Positions 48,535 through 59,197 of a stretch of 64,000 nucleotides of DNA are shown here, piece after piece; positions within the stretch are counted from its first letter, which is position 1; every line of letters begins with the position of its first letter. A program made the position numbers and the translations under genes. The notes beneath the pieces are model-generated. The model searched no databases. It saw nothing but the letters and a program-made list of their open reading frames with translations, and was not told where the DNA came from. This stretch comes from Gemmatimonadota bacterium (GTDB taxonomy: Bacteria; Gemmatimonadota; Gemmatimonadetes; Gemmatimonadales; Gemmatimonadaceae): assembly GCA_040389905.1 (NCBI GenBank), contig JAZJZK010000015.1:32001-96000 (forward strand). Direction: 5' to 3'.

Positions 48535-49217
48535 GATCGTTTGTCCGGTGCGGCGAGGCCGGACAGTCGCGCGACATCTGCGAGCGTCAATCCATCCAGC
48601 GAATCGGCCGCGCCGTCGGCGTCGATCGCAACATGTGCCGGCGTCCCGATCGCAACGGCACGCATGCCCGCGGCGCGCGCGGCACGCACTGCAGAGGAGG
48701 AAGCAACCAGCGCGACGACACGCTCGCGGTGGAGTGGTCGCACGCGCGCGAGATGCTCGATCGCAAGCTCGAACCCGCCCGCGGACGGAGCCTCATCGTG
48801 CGTGTCATCCGAACTCACGACCGTCGAGACAGCCGAATCGATTCCGGCGAGGCGGAGTGCGAACTCGGTTTCGGATCGTGTCGCCGAGGTCACAACCGCG
48901 ACTCGGGAACCGGCCTGTGCGCGTTCAACGAATTTTGTCGCACCCGGTGCGAGCGTGAACCCCTTGCCGATGCGCTCGGCGAAGGCGCGCGTTGCGCGAA
49001 GGGCGATGAGGTCGGCCAGTGAAGGATCGACGCGGCCAAGATGCGCGAGCACCGCCGTTGCCCCCGCAGTTGCCGTCTTACCGGCGCAGTGCTCGGCGTA
49101 CGAGTATGCGTCGAGCTGAATACCCTCTTCGCTCAGCGCACGCAGCATGGCATCTCGGCGGGCACCGGCTGTATCAGCCAGGACCTCCTCCCACTCGATC
49201 AGCACCGCATCTATCAT
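48531..49217 (-). CDS. HAD-like hydrolase with degenerate motif I
   Basis: VLIEWEEVLADT replaces DxDGVLxD; AVVTSA, AARAAGM. Confidence 0.7.
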   Translation of the reverse strand: MIDAVLIEWEEVLADTAGARRDAMLRALSEEGIQLDAYSYAEHCAGKTATAGATAVLAHLGRVDPSLADLIALRATRAFAERIGKGFTLAPGATKFVERAQAGSRVAVVTSATRSETEFALRLAGIDSAVSTVVSSDDTHDEAPSAGGFELAIEHLARVRPLHRERVVALVASSSAVRAARAAGMRAVAIGTPAHVAIDADGAADSLDGLTLADVARLSGLAAPDKRS

Positions 49218-49250
49218 GCTGGGTAAGTAAATGGCGGGCGGGGTGAAGCG

Positions 49251-50534
49251 CTACGGTCGCTCGCGCGCCGCATAGGACGCATCGAGGAGATCGACCGGGT
49301 GAATCGCACGCGCCGGGATCCGTGCCTGGTGCATTCCCGCGCCAATCTGCATGAGGCAACCGGGATTTCCCGTCGTGACGAGCGATGCGTGGGTTGCCCG
49401 GATGTTCTCGAGCTTTGGTTCGAGCACGCGATTACTCGTGTCTGGCTCGACGAGATTATAGATACCCGCGCTGCCGCAGCAGTGTTCGCTTCCTTCTAAC
49501 GGAACGAGCGTCAAGCCTGGAATCGCAGCGAGAACCCGCAGCGGTGGTGCGGAGATTCGTTGCGCGTGCAGCAGATGACATGGCGCGTCGTAGGTGACCG
49601 TCACGGGTAAATCGCCGCCGGGCCGCGGGCCGGCCTCCGCCAACAATTCGGAAATGTCGCGGACGCGCGACGAGAGTGCCCGCGCGCGATCACGCCACAC
49701 AGGGTCGTCGGCGAGCAGTTGCCCGTATTCCTTCATCATCGAACCGCAGCCCGACGCGTTCACGGCAATGAAGTCCGTCGCCGAGCGCTCGAATGCGGCG
49801 ATGTTGAGGCGGGCGAGGCGTCGCGCCGTATCGGCATCGCCCGCATGCGCATGCAGCGCTCCACAACACTGCTGCGCCTCGGTGGCAACGAGCGTGTAAT
49901 CGTTCGTCGCGAGTGTTCGCTCGGTGGCGCGATTGGTCTCCGCGAACAACCCTTCCATCACGCAGCCCGTCAGGACGGAAACGCTGCCGCGAGAACCGTC
50001 CGATTGCGGCCGGTAGCTGCCGCGCGTCAACGGAGTCCGCGTCGATTCGAGCATCGCCATGGCAAAACCGAGTCGTCCAGGGAGCTTCGACAGGAGGGCG
50101 GAGAGCCGCAGCGCGCGCGTAATACGCCCGCCAAGCATGGCCAACCTGGTCAGCGTCTTGTTCCCGAACGCAAAGAGGATGAGGCGCGCGACGGGCGGGT
50201 TGGGACGTTCGCGCGTTAGCGTCTCGCGCGTGACTTCGAGCAGATGGCCGTACGGAACGCCTGACGGACACGCGGTCTCGCACGCTCGGCACCCAAGGCA
50301 GCGATCGATGTGTGTGCGCACGTCGGCGTCGGTCGTCGCCAGTGTGCCATCCACGAGCGCCCGCATGAGGACCAACCGGCCACGCGGGCTATCGTTCTCG
50401 TCGTCGAGCGCGAGGTATGTGGGGCACGCCTGTAAGCAGAAGCCGCAATGCACGCACGCATCGAGCCCCGCGCTCGCTTTGCCGAGTGGCGTATCGGGAA
50501 TCGCACAGGTTACGGGACGAACGTCAGCGGTCAT
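49251..50534 (-). CDS. glcF: Glycolate oxidase iron-sulfur subunit
   Basis: CVHCGFCLQACPTY, CLGCRACETACPSGV, CCG domains. Confidence 0.9.
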   Translation of the reverse strand: MTADVRPVTCAIPDTPLGKASAGLDACVHCGFCLQACPTYLALDDENDSPRGRLVLMRALVDGTLATTDADVRTHIDRCLGCRACETACPSGVPYGHLLEVTRETLTRERPNPPVARLILFAFGNKTLTRLAMLGGRITRALRLSALLSKLPGRLGFAMAMLESTRTPLTRGSYRPQSDGSRGSVSVLTGCVMEGLFAETNRATERTLATNDYTLVATEAQQCCGALHAHAGDADTARRLARLNIAAFERSATDFIAVNASGCGSMMKEYGQLLADDPVWRDRARALSSRVRDISELLAEAGPRPGGDLPVTVTYDAPCHLLHAQRISAPPLRVLAAIPGLTLVPLEGSEHCCGSAGIYNLVEPDTSNRVLEPKLENIRATHASLVTTGNPGCLMQIGAGMHQARIPARAIHPVDLLDASYAARERP

Positions 50535-50690
50535 TCAGTATTCCAAGGTGGAATCAATGAACTGCAACTGCAAAGCCTTGAACGCAGAGGTCGCAGAGGA
50601 CTACGGAACAGCAACAACACATGAACCACAGAGGACACAGAGGACTGCGTGTGTCGTTTTCCAACCGCCATTTTCTTCGCCATCGTCGAC

Positions 50691-51857
50691 TCACGGAGAC
50701 AATCCAGGATTCAGGATGCCGTCTGGATCGAACGTCTTTCGTATGCCATGTGACAGCGCATCCGATGAGCGCGGCGTTGCGATGGCATTCCACAGTTCCG
50801 CTGGCATTCGCTCGCCCACGATCGTTGCATGTTCGCCGAGCGCGCTGAACGACACGAGACCGGCACCTGCTGGCAGCATGCATCGCACGACGCCGCGTGA
50901 CGCGGACGCATGCGCGAAACCACCGAACGGTTCGATGAGACCAAGAACGCGTCCCCAGCTATCGCCGATACGCGACGGGAGCGAACTAAGACGAAACACG
51001 GTGGCTCCGGCAGGCTCCGCGTCGCTGAGACCGCGCCAGATGCTCCCGGGAACTTCGGAGGCAACGCCGAGTTGTTTCGCCGCCGCGATCGCCGCACTCA
51101 CGAACGTTTCGCTGCCGCCGAATCGGACGAGAAAGCCTGCTGACGGTTCGAGGCCGAGTGCACGCGCCAACGACGGCGACAGCAGTTCCGCCGCCAACGG
51201 CGAGTATTCCGTCGCGCGAAGGAAGCGCCACGCCGCGTCTGCGACCGCCGCAGGCGTGTCCCCCGCCACGGCGACTGCGAATGTGCGATCGATCGCCGGT
51301 CGGGCGCGCAGTCGCACAGTGATCTCGGTGAGCACGCCGAGCGTTCCCCACGCTCCGGTCACCATGCGCACCAGATCGAATCCGGCCACGTTCTTCACGA
51401 CACGGCCGCCCGTCCGCACGATATCGCCTGTGCCGGCCACGAACTCACATCCGAGGATGTGATCGCGCGTCGTGCCGAACGCGCTCGCCAGTGGTCCCGA
51501 CGATGCGGTCGCCATCGTCGCGCCGATGGTTCCGGACTCCGAGCCGAAGGGATCGAGCGTGAGCCACTGGCCTTCAGGCGCGGTCGTGCGCTCGATCTCG
51601 GCCAGCGATGTTCCGGCGCGCGCGGTCAGGACGAGGTCGCCCGGTTCGTACTCGACTATCCCGGTCAAAGGCGTGAGGTGCAGATCCCTCGACTTCGCTC
51701 GGGATGACAACTCGGTCTGCGAGACACGCAAAGACGACAATGGCCCTGCGTCGAGCCAGGTGCCGGCGCCAACGATGCGCAACGATTCCCCGCGGGACCG
51801 CGCATCGCGCACCTCCTCGGCGACGGCGGCGGTGTCTGCCGTTGATCCGGCCGTCAC
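50691..51857 (-). CDS. glcE: Glycolate oxidase FAD-binding subunit with in-frame REP
   Basis: GIVEYEPGDL, GGRVVKNVAGFDL, FDPDGILNPG; GTGA overlap with glcD. Confidence 0.88.
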   Translation of the reverse strand: MTAGSTADTAAVAEEVRDARSRGESLRIVGAGTWLDAGPLSSLRVSQTELSSRAKSRDLHLTPLTGIVEYEPGDLVLTARAGTSLAEIERTTAPEGQWLTLDPFGSESGTIGATMATASSGPLASAFGTTRDHILGCEFVAGTGDIVRTGGRVVKNVAGFDLVRMVTGAWGTLGVLTEITVRLRARPAIDRTFAVAVAGDTPAAVADAAWRFLRATEYSPLAAELLSPSLARALGLEPSAGFLVRFGGSETFVSAAIAAAKQLGVASEVPGSIWRGLSDAEPAGATVFRLSSLPSRIGDSWGRVLGLIEPFGGFAHASASRGVVRCMLPAGAGLVSFSALGEHATIVGERMPAELWNAIATPRSSDALSHGIRKTFDPDGILNPGLSP

Positions 51858-53281
51858 GTGGCAGTTGCCCGCGCGGTTGGCGCCGCATGCCATTCCCGAC
51901 AGGAATGGACGGGGACGACCTTGCCTGGGTTGGAGCGTCTCTCGGGGTCGAACACCCCACGAAGCGCACACATCGCTTCGAGCGTGCTCGGTGTGAACAG
52001 GGCCGCCATATACGGGAGCTTGTCGAGGCCGATTCCGTGCTCGCCGGTGATCGTGCCACCAGCGTCGATACATGCCTGCATGATCTCCTTCATCGCCTTG
52101 TGTACCCGCTCCGATTCGTCGGCGCTCCGCGCGTTGTAGCCGATGTTCGGATGCAGGTTGCCGTCCCCCGCGTGGAACACGTTGCACACGTTCACGCGAT
52201 AGTGGGCGGCAATCCGCTGAATCTCCGCGAGCGTCGCCGGCAACTTCGTCCGCGGCACGACCGCATCCTGTACCACGAGATGCGATGAGACGCGTCCCAT
52301 TGCACCGAATGCCTTCTTGCGGCCTTGCCAGAGTCGCGCGCGGTCTGCGGGATCCGTGGCGATGCGAACGTCGCGCGCGCCGGCCTCGCGGCAGAATGCG
52401 TTCACGCGCGCGACTTCCTCGTCGATGACCGCACCCACGCCATCGAGTTCGATGAGGAGCACGGCCGCGGCGTCGGTGGGATAACCTGCCGCATAGATCG
52501 ACGCCTCGACGGCCTGGATCGTTGCGGCATCCATCATCTCGAGTGCGGCCGCGACAATCCCAGAGGCAATGATCGCGGAGACCGCATGGGCTGCACTGGC
52601 CACGGACATGAAGTCGGCGAGCATTGTGCGAACCGCTTGCGGGTTCCGCTCGAGCTTCACGGTGGCGTCGAGTACGATGCCGAAACAGCCTTCGGATCCG
52701 ATGAACGCGCCGAGCAAATCGTAACCAGTCGCCTCTCCCTCGGGATTGCCAAGGGTGACGACCTCGCCATTTGGAAGGACGATGGTGAGGGCAAGCACAT
52801 GGTTGAGCGTCACGCCGTACTTGAGGCAGTGCGGCCCACCCGCATTCTCCGCGATGTTCCCGCCAATCGTGCAGGCGGTCTGGCTGGACGGATCGGGAGC
52901 GTAGTGCAGGCCGAAGGGTCGCGCAGCGGCAGAGAGGCGAGCATTGACGACGCCAGGCTCTACGACCGCACGCGCATTGTCACCGTCGATGGAGATGATT
53001 CGCTTGAGACGATGCAAGCCGATGAGCACCACGTCATCGGCTAGTGCGCCGCCCGACAGACCAGTGCCGGCGCCACGCGCCACGTACGCAGTACCCGTCT
53101 CGGCGAGCAGTCGTACGACGGCGACGATTTCGTCGCGCGTTCCCGGGAACACTGCGAGGGATGGCTTTACCGAGTACCCCGGGAGCCCGTCCGATTCATA
53201 GGTGCGCAGCTCGGCGGGGCGCGTGAGCACGCGTCCCGCGCCGACGATCGCCGCGAGCCTCGCGCTGAGCAATTTTGTCAT
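51854..53281 (-). CDS. glcD: Glycolate oxidase subunit
   Basis: RGAGTGLSGG, PDPSSQ.ACTIGGN, HAGDGNLHP, GEHGIG. Confidence 0.92.
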   Translation of the reverse strand: MTKLLSARLAAIVGAGRVLTRPAELRTYESDGLPGYSVKPSLAVFPGTRDEIVAVVRLLAETGTAYVARGAGTGLSGGALADDVVLIGLHRLKRIISIDGDNARAVVEPGVVNARLSAAARPFGLHYAPDPSSQTACTIGGNIAENAGGPHCLKYGVTLNHVLALTIVLPNGEVVTLGNPEGEATGYDLLGAFIGSEGCFGIVLDATVKLERNPQAVRTMLADFMSVASAAHAVSAIIASGIVAAALEMMDAATIQAVEASIYAAGYPTDAAAVLLIELDGVGAVIDEEVARVNAFCREAGARDVRIATDPADRARLWQGRKKAFGAMGRVSSHLVVQDAVVPRTKLPATLAEIQRIAAHYRVNVCNVFHAGDGNLHPNIGYNARSADESERVHKAMKEIMQACIDAGGTITGEHGIGLDKLPYMAALFTPSTLEAMCALRGVFDPERRSNPGKVVPVHSCREWHAAPTARATAT

Positions 53282-54138
53282 GGGGTCACTACCATGAGGG
53301 CATCCTTCCGCAGCTCGAAGGCGAAGGGTGCATTCAGCGTCACCAACTCACCGTCGATTGCCAGCGTACCGCGACGACGATGCGAGATCGTGCAACGATC
53401 GACCACAAAACTGTCGAGCACGGGGCCCTCGGCCGCCGACTCGACGCCGCGAGCGACCGCGTTGAGCGCACTCGCGAACAGCCGCGCTCGCGAACGTCCC
53501 TGAGCCACGATGACGTGCAAGCCACGCTTGCCTCCCTTCACTCGCTTGCCGAGTGACGGAAGCTGAAGCTCGCGCTCGCCGACGCCGATGAACACGAGCG
53601 CCGTGCGGTAGATCCGTTTTTCTCCCTCGACTTCGAGCTCGACGGTCATGAGCCGAAACTGGAAAAAAATCCGGACTGCCGCAATCACCGAGGCCAAGCG
53701 GTATCCGCACCACTGCTCCAACCGCTCTCGAGTTTTCACGAAGCGGACATAGGCGCCGACGCTGACGGTGTTCAGGAAGAGTTGGTCATTCACCATCCCG
53801 ACGTCCACGGCTCTGGGCGTGCCGCCTGCGGCCGTCTCGAGGGCGACCGCCGGCTCGGTGCTGATTCCGAGATCTCTTGCAAAGTGGTTCAGCGTGCCGC
53901 CGGGGAGCACGGCGAACTCGGTATCGCCGCCCGCGAGCACGGCTGCCGCCGCCGCGATGGTACCATCTCCGCCGGCGATGAGAATGCGCCGATGGCCGCT
54001 GGCCACACACTTCCTGACTTCCGATGCGATGTCGTCCGGTGCGACGTCTACCGGCTCGAATGCCGCGTTTTTCGCCAGTGCGCTCCGCGCCTGGTCGGCC
54101 GTTCCGGACTTCGCATTGATGATCGCAGGAATGCGCAC
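53278..54138 (-). CDS. Diacylglycerol kinase family protein
   Basis: AGGDGTI, LPGGTLNHFARDLG. Confidence 0.9.
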   Translation of the reverse strand: MRIPAIINAKSGTADQARSALAKNAAFEPVDVAPDDIASEVRKCVASGHRRILIAGGDGTIAAAAAVLAGGDTEFAVLPGGTLNHFARDLGISTEPAVALETAAGGTPRAVDVGMVNDQLFLNTVSVGAYVRFVKTRERLEQWCGYRLASVIAAVRIFFQFRLMTVELEVEGEKRIYRTALVFIGVGERELQLPSLGKRVKGGKRGLHVIVAQGRSRARLFASALNAVARGVESAAEGPVLDSFVVDRCTISHRRRGTLAIDGELVTLNAPFAFELRKDALMVVTP

Positions 54139-54141
54139 TCG

Positions 54142-57100
54142 TTAAGGTAGCGAGCGCTCCGCGGTCCGGTTCGCCAGCTGCGTCAGTATCTCATCGAGCA
54201 TACGTAGCTCGAAGGGCTTCTGGAGCACCGGACACGAGGTACGAAGCACGAAACTCGCTGCCTCGGCGGATGCGACGTCTCCCGTACTGAAGATGAAGCG
54301 CTTCAATACCGCTGGCTGTGTTTCCGCGAGCCGGTCATGCAAGTCGATTCCCGAGAATCCCGGCATCCGAAGGTCGGAGATGACCACGGTGACGGCGTCG
54401 CCAAGTCGCTCGAGAATATCGAGGCCGGCGCCGCCGTCCTCCGCTTCCTCGACAGCCCAACCGCGCCGTGTGAAAAAGCGGCGGAGCGCCGTACGTATCG
54501 TCGGCTCGTCATCGATGATCAATGCGATGCGTTCCCGGGGGGGGGCCGGAGCCACGTCGCCGGTAGCGATCGCCCCCACCGACTCGGGCGTTACTCGGGG
54601 CGAACTGTCGTGGTCGGGGCTGTCAGGAATCATGGGGCCGGGATCGATGCAAGGGAGCGTTACTGTAAACCGGGATCCCTGACCGCCGTCGCGCGATTCC
54701 ACTGCGATCCGGCCGCCAAGCTGTTCAACGATTCCGAGCGTGACGGACAGGCCCAATCCAGTGCCTTCGCCCGTCGGCTTGGTCGTGAAGAACGGATCAA
54801 AGATACGCGGCAGAATGTCTGCGGGAACACCAGGCCCGTTGTCCTCGACGACGAGCACACATCCGTCGCTGCTGGAATCGGTGTGCACCCACACCTGTCC
54901 GCCACGCCCGGCCGCTTGTGCGGCGTTGCTCACCAGGTTCGCAACGATCTGCTCGATTCCCGATCGATCGGCCAGGACGAACGCGCCCTCCGCGCCCTGC
55001 GCGATCTCGAGCGTCACACCCTCGTTCTCGAGGGCAGGCCGCATCGCCCGTGCGGTCGACGCCACGACTTCGGCGATGAGCAGGGGGCTGGCGCTGGCAC
55101 TCCGCTGCCGCACGAAGGAGAGCAGGTCGCGAACGATCGCGCGCGAGCGCCGGGCCTGATCGCGGATGACTCCAAGTGCCTCGGCGTCCTCGGTGCTGCG
55201 CTCATCGGCGAGGAGATCCTCGGCGAAGTGCATGATCGAGGAGAGCGGATTGTTCAGCTCATGGGCAACGCCCGAGATGAGCTGTCCAACCGCCGCAAGC
55301 CGCTCGCTCCGGCGAAGTGCGCTTTCCGCCGCGCGGAGGGATGTGACGTCTTCCGCATATCCCTCCCAGAGCCAGACCTTGTCTTTTTCATCGCGATACG
55401 CGCGCGCGCTGAGGCGGACGGTCACGAGCGAGCGATCGGCACGACACCACTCGACTTCGAGGCCGCGCACGACGCCCTCTGCCTCGAGCAGGCGAAGCAA
55501 CTCTGAGCGCGCCGCTCCGTCATGATAGAGTCGGTCGCGATCGGCGGCGTGCGTCAACTCCTGCGCACTCGGATAGCCGAGCAGCGTGACCATTGCCGGA
55601 TTCGCGGAGACGAGTACGCCGCGATGTGTCTCGCGAAAGATGGCGGCGGGCGCATTCTCGACGAATGACCGGAAGCTCGCCTCCGACGCGCGCAGCGACG
55701 ACGCATCGCGCGCGCTCGAGAGCGCAATGCTGGCGAGGTGCACGGCCGTTCGAGCGATTTCTGCTTCCTGCGTCGATGCGTCACGTGCCTGTTCGCAATA
55801 CGCGGCCAGGGCGCCGATGATCTCGCCGTTCGCGGCACGAAGCGGGATGGCGAACGCGCCCAGCAGCCCATAGGACACGAGGAGCGCACTGGTGTCACGG
55901 GAAGCGGGATCTTCGCGAACGTCGGCGCAGAAAACAGACTCGCCGCGCTGAATGGCGATTCCAACAACGCCAGCCGCCAAGCCAACCGGGACGTAGTGCG
56001 CCGCAGTGAGAAACCCGGTTGGGAGCCGGTGCGACGCCACGATATGCGCGACCTGCCGTTCCCCGTCGAGCTCATAGACCGCGCACCGAAGGAGCAGTGC
56101 CTGTTCACTGACCATCGCCAGCAGAACCGCGAGTGTATCGGCAGCGGGCGCGCCGCTGGCAATCAACTCGAGGACATGTCGCTGCCCCTGAAGGAACAGG
56201 TCGGCGCGCGCGCGCTCGGTGACATCGCGCAGGCCCACAACGTAGATGGGCACGCCGTCGAAGAACGCGCGGCTCAGACGCACATCGGTTGGCAGGGTGC
56301 TTCCGTCCGCGCACTGCGCGAGGCAACGCTCGGCATCGGTCAGCGGCGCTTGCGCCAGCTCCGACCGTGAGAAGGTTTCGAGCGTTTTCACGAGCGCGTC
56401 ACGAGACCGCTCATCGAAGAGCTCGAACACCGGCTTCCCGACGAGGCTGTCACCCCGGAAGCCCAGCATCCTCTCGACGGCGCCATTCACCATCGTCACC
56501 CGGAAATCCTTGTCGAGTGAGATGATGCCATCAGTGGATGCATCGACGATCGTCGCCAGTCGCTTGGTTTCTTCCCGCTGCTGATACAGGCGTCGCACGC
56601 GGATCGTGCGGTTGACGGCGTAGCCGCCCACGGCGGAGAGGGCGATGAAAACGGCGAGGAACGCGCCTTCGATCGCCAACTCCTTGTTTCTCGGCACGAG
56701 TGCGTCGCTCTCGCGAACGCGGCGGATAATGCCCCAACCGAGCAGGGAGTCGTACCGGGTCACGGCGAGCACGCGAGTGCCGTCGGGAATCGGGAAGACG
56801 CCGAACGCCTCTTTCTTCGTAAGGGACAGCACCGCTGGTGAATTCACCGGCGTTGGCCCCGCCTGGGTGATGCACACCGATGGCGTCTGCTCGGGGCAGA
56901 CTGAAATGATGACGGGACCGTCGCGCCCAGGTGTAGAAAAAAGGCTCAGTGCGGCGTTCGCGCGCCCAACCGCCCATGGGGCGAACGCGGCGACGACGTC
57001 GACCCGAAAGACGACAGCCTTCGGCCACTGCTTCCCATTGATGGGGTCGCGAAGATGAACCGGCGCGGCAATCGAGAGAAAGGCTGCGTGGGGCCCCAGC

Positions 57101-57546
57101 GGAATGACCGGCGAATGCAGCGTCCGCCCCGTGCGCATCACCTCACGGACGAGTTCGCGCTCCGCAGACAGGAGGGAATCACCATGCGAGGAGGCGAGGG
57201 TATCGCCAGCCTGATCGACCATCCAGACGCCAGCAAACTTTCCTCGCCGCTTGATTGGCGCCAGCAGCGTCGAATGCGGCGCGCCTCCGCTTTCCGGTGC
57301 TGCCGCGTGAATGGCGACAGTCGCAGCCAGTGCCTCGACGTCTGCCGAACGTTCGAGATACCAGTCGTCGACCGTCGCGCGCGTGGTGACCGCGCCGCCC
57401 TCCAGCACCCGCTCCCACGTCCGCATCATCTCGCCGTTGATGTATCGAACGCGTGCGAAGACCCCGCCGCCCACGATGAGGATCAGCAGCGCCAGAAGTG
57501 GAATGGTCAAGCGGTCGCGAGCGCCGCGACTCCGAGGTTTACGCAT
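54142..57546 (-). CDS. Membrane hybrid histidine kinase (PAS-GAF-PAS-HK-REC)
   Basis: Two TMs; AHELNNPL, DNGPG, GTGLGL, SDLRMPG. Confidence 0.92.
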   Translation of the reverse strand: MRKPRSRGARDRLTIPLLALLILIVGGGVFARVRYINGEMMRTWERVLEGGAVTTRATVDDWYLERSADVEALAATVAIHAAAPESGGAPHSTLLAPIKRRGKFAGVWMVDQAGDTLASSHGDSLLSAERELVREVMRTGRTLHSPVIPLGPHAAFLSIAAPVHLRDPINGKQWPKAVVFRVDVVAAFAPWAVGRANAALSLFSTPGRDGPVIISVCPEQTPSVCITQAGPTPVNSPAVLSLTKKEAFGVFPIPDGTRVLAVTRYDSLLGWGIIRRVRESDALVPRNKELAIEGAFLAVFIALSAVGGYAVNRTIRVRRLYQQREETKRLATIVDASTDGIISLDKDFRVTMVNGAVERMLGFRGDSLVGKPVFELFDERSRDALVKTLETFSRSELAQAPLTDAERCLAQCADGSTLPTDVRLSRAFFDGVPIYVVGLRDVTERARADLFLQGQRHVLELIASGAPAADTLAVLLAMVSEQALLLRCAVYELDGERQVAHIVASHRLPTGFLTAAHYVPVGLAAGVVGIAIQRGESVFCADVREDPASRDTSALLVSYGLLGAFAIPLRAANGEIIGALAAYCEQARDASTQEAEIARTAVHLASIALSSARDASSLRASEASFRSFVENAPAAIFRETHRGVLVSANPAMVTLLGYPSAQELTHAADRDRLYHDGAARSELLRLLEAEGVVRGLEVEWCRADRSLVTVRLSARAYRDEKDKVWLWEGYAEDVTSLRAAESALRRSERLAAVGQLISGVAHELNNPLSSIMHFAEDLLADERSTEDAEALGVIRDQARRSRAIVRDLLSFVRQRSASASPLLIAEVVASTARAMRPALENEGVTLEIAQGAEGAFVLADRSGIEQIVANLVSNAAQAAGRGGQVWVHTDSSSDGCVLVVEDNGPGVPADILPRIFDPFFTTKPTGEGTGLGLSVTLGIVEQLGGRIAVESRDGGQGSRFTVTLPCIDPGPMIPDSPDHDSSPRVTPESVGAIATGDVAPAPPRERIALIIDDEPTIRTALRRFFTRRGWAVEEAEDGGAGLDILERLGDAVTVVISDLRMPGFSGIDLHDRLAETQPAVLKRFIFSTGDVASAEAASFVLRTSCPVLQKPFELRMLDEILTQLANRTAERSLP

Positions 57547-57706
57547 CGTACCTAACCATCGGCAGACTGAGCGCGTTTCTGAACGATTTCTGCCGTATCT
57601 CGCGCCCTTGACATGGTGCTATGATGCCCGCCTGTTGCCGCGGCGCTAGAGGGAGAACGCGGCGCCTGCGTTACTTCGTCATCTGTTTAGCGTCGCCAGA
57701 GAAGCC

Positions 57707-58087
57707 TCACGCGAGTCGTGAGGTTGTCCGCACGCGCGCCGGCGCGACGCCAAAGCGCTGCGTGGCATAGCCCACAATGAGGCCGACGATACAGCCCGGG
57801 ATCATGATCTCCCAGAAGTAGACCTGGCCATTGGGGTTCTTCGCCATCGCGATTGGCAGGGCAAGCAGGCCACTGACGACCATGCCGGCGGCGATGCCCG
57901 CGGCGAGGTTGCTCACCTTTCGGGCAATGAATCCGATGATGAGTCCTGCGACGAGCCCCTTGCCAGTGGAGCCGATGACGATTCCGGCGATCTCGGACTT
58001 GAGTTCCGGCGCGGAGATGAGCGCCGTGAGTCCATCGAAGGTACCGAGGATGCCGCCGAGGATGAGGCCAACGACTGGTTTGTTCAC
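57707..58087 (-). CDS. Small membrane protein
   Basis: Four Gly-rich hydrophobic helices. Confidence 0.75.
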   Translation of the reverse strand: MNKPVVGLILGGILGTFDGLTALISAPELKSEIAGIVIGSTGKGLVAGLIIGFIARKVSNLAAGIAAGMVVSGLLALPIAMAKNPNGQVYFWEIMIPGCIVGLIVGYATQRFGVAPARVRTTSRLA

Positions 58088-58234
58088 GGATTGTGTCTCG
58101 ATCGGGTAGTTGAGGCAGGCCCGAGGATTTCGAGCCCATCACGCTTCTATTACGCCTTCTGGAGCGTTCCTTTATTCGCGTTCGTTGCCAGCCTGTCACC
58201 CCGAGCGACCGAAGGGAGTCGAGGGGTCTGCACC

Positions 58235-59197
58235 TCACGCCCTCCGCCACCACACGAATGCCATGCGCATGATCACGTATGCAGCGATCAGCAGAATTGG
58301 CGCGCGGTAGACACGCGTAATTCGCGCGACCGCCTCAAGCGCATTCTCCTGGTGGGCGTGAACGCGCGCGCCGTCGAGAAAGCGACGGATGTCGTCGCGC
58401 AGCTCCAGCGGAGTCCCGTAACGTTTGCCTGCATCGAGCGCGGTCGCTCGGCGTTCTATTGCAGCGAGAGGGCGGGGGATGCGGTCGGGGTGCAGCCGGA
58501 GGAGATCACGGAGAATCGCACCGAGCCCGAACACGTCCGCGCGTTCGTCGGCTTCCTGGCCGCGCGCCTGCTCCGGCGACATGTAGCCGGGTGTGCCGAG
58601 GACAGCCCCGCTTCCCGTTACGACGTCGTCAGCCGCTGAAGTGGATCGCTTGGCATCGCCTGTGGCGGCATGGCGCGGACCCGCTAGCTCTCGCGCAATG
58701 CCCCAATCGAGCACCAGGACCTCGCCGAATGGGCCGAGCATCACGTTCCCGGGCTTGAGGTCGCGATGCACGATGCCGTGTGCATGTGCATAGGCCACGA
58801 TGCCGCACAGCTGCTCAACGATGCGCAGCAACTCGCCTCGGCTCGTGATCGCCGGCGCGGCCGTTTGGAGGTCCTTTCCGGCGACGAGCCGCATCACGTA
58901 CCATCCGCGCCCGTCGTCGAGGGTGCCGACGTCGTACACGGGAACGATGCCTGGATGCTCGAGACGAGCGAGGATGCGCGCCTCGCGTGCGAGCCGTGCA
59001 TTGATCTCGGTGTCTGTGAGCTGCGAGGCGATGACCTTGACCGCCACATCGCGGCCGAGCAGCCGGTCGGCCGCCTTCCAGACGACGCCCATTCCGCCGC
59101 GACCGATGACGTCGAATACTTCGTAACGTTCCGGGAGCGTCGGCCGGTCGATGATGGCGCGAAGACGCGCGACAGCAGCATCGGAGACGGAACTCAC
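58235..59197 (-). CDS. Ser/Thr protein kinase with C-terminal TM
   Basis: GRGGMGVV, VAVK, HRDLKPGN, DWG, GTPGYMSPEQ. Confidence 0.93.
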   Translation of the reverse strand: MSSVSDAAVARLRAIIDRPTLPERYEVFDVIGRGGMGVVWKAADRLLGRDVAVKVIASQLTDTEINARLAREARILARLEHPGIVPVYDVGTLDDGRGWYVMRLVAGKDLQTAAPAITSRGELLRIVEQLCGIVAYAHAHGIVHRDLKPGNVMLGPFGEVLVLDWGIARELAGPRHAATGDAKRSTSAADDVVTGSGAVLGTPGYMSPEQARGQEADERADVFGLGAILRDLLRLHPDRIPRPLAAIERRATALDAGKRYGTPLELRDDIRRFLDGARVHAHQENALEAVARITRVYRAPILLIAAYVIMRMAFVWWRRA

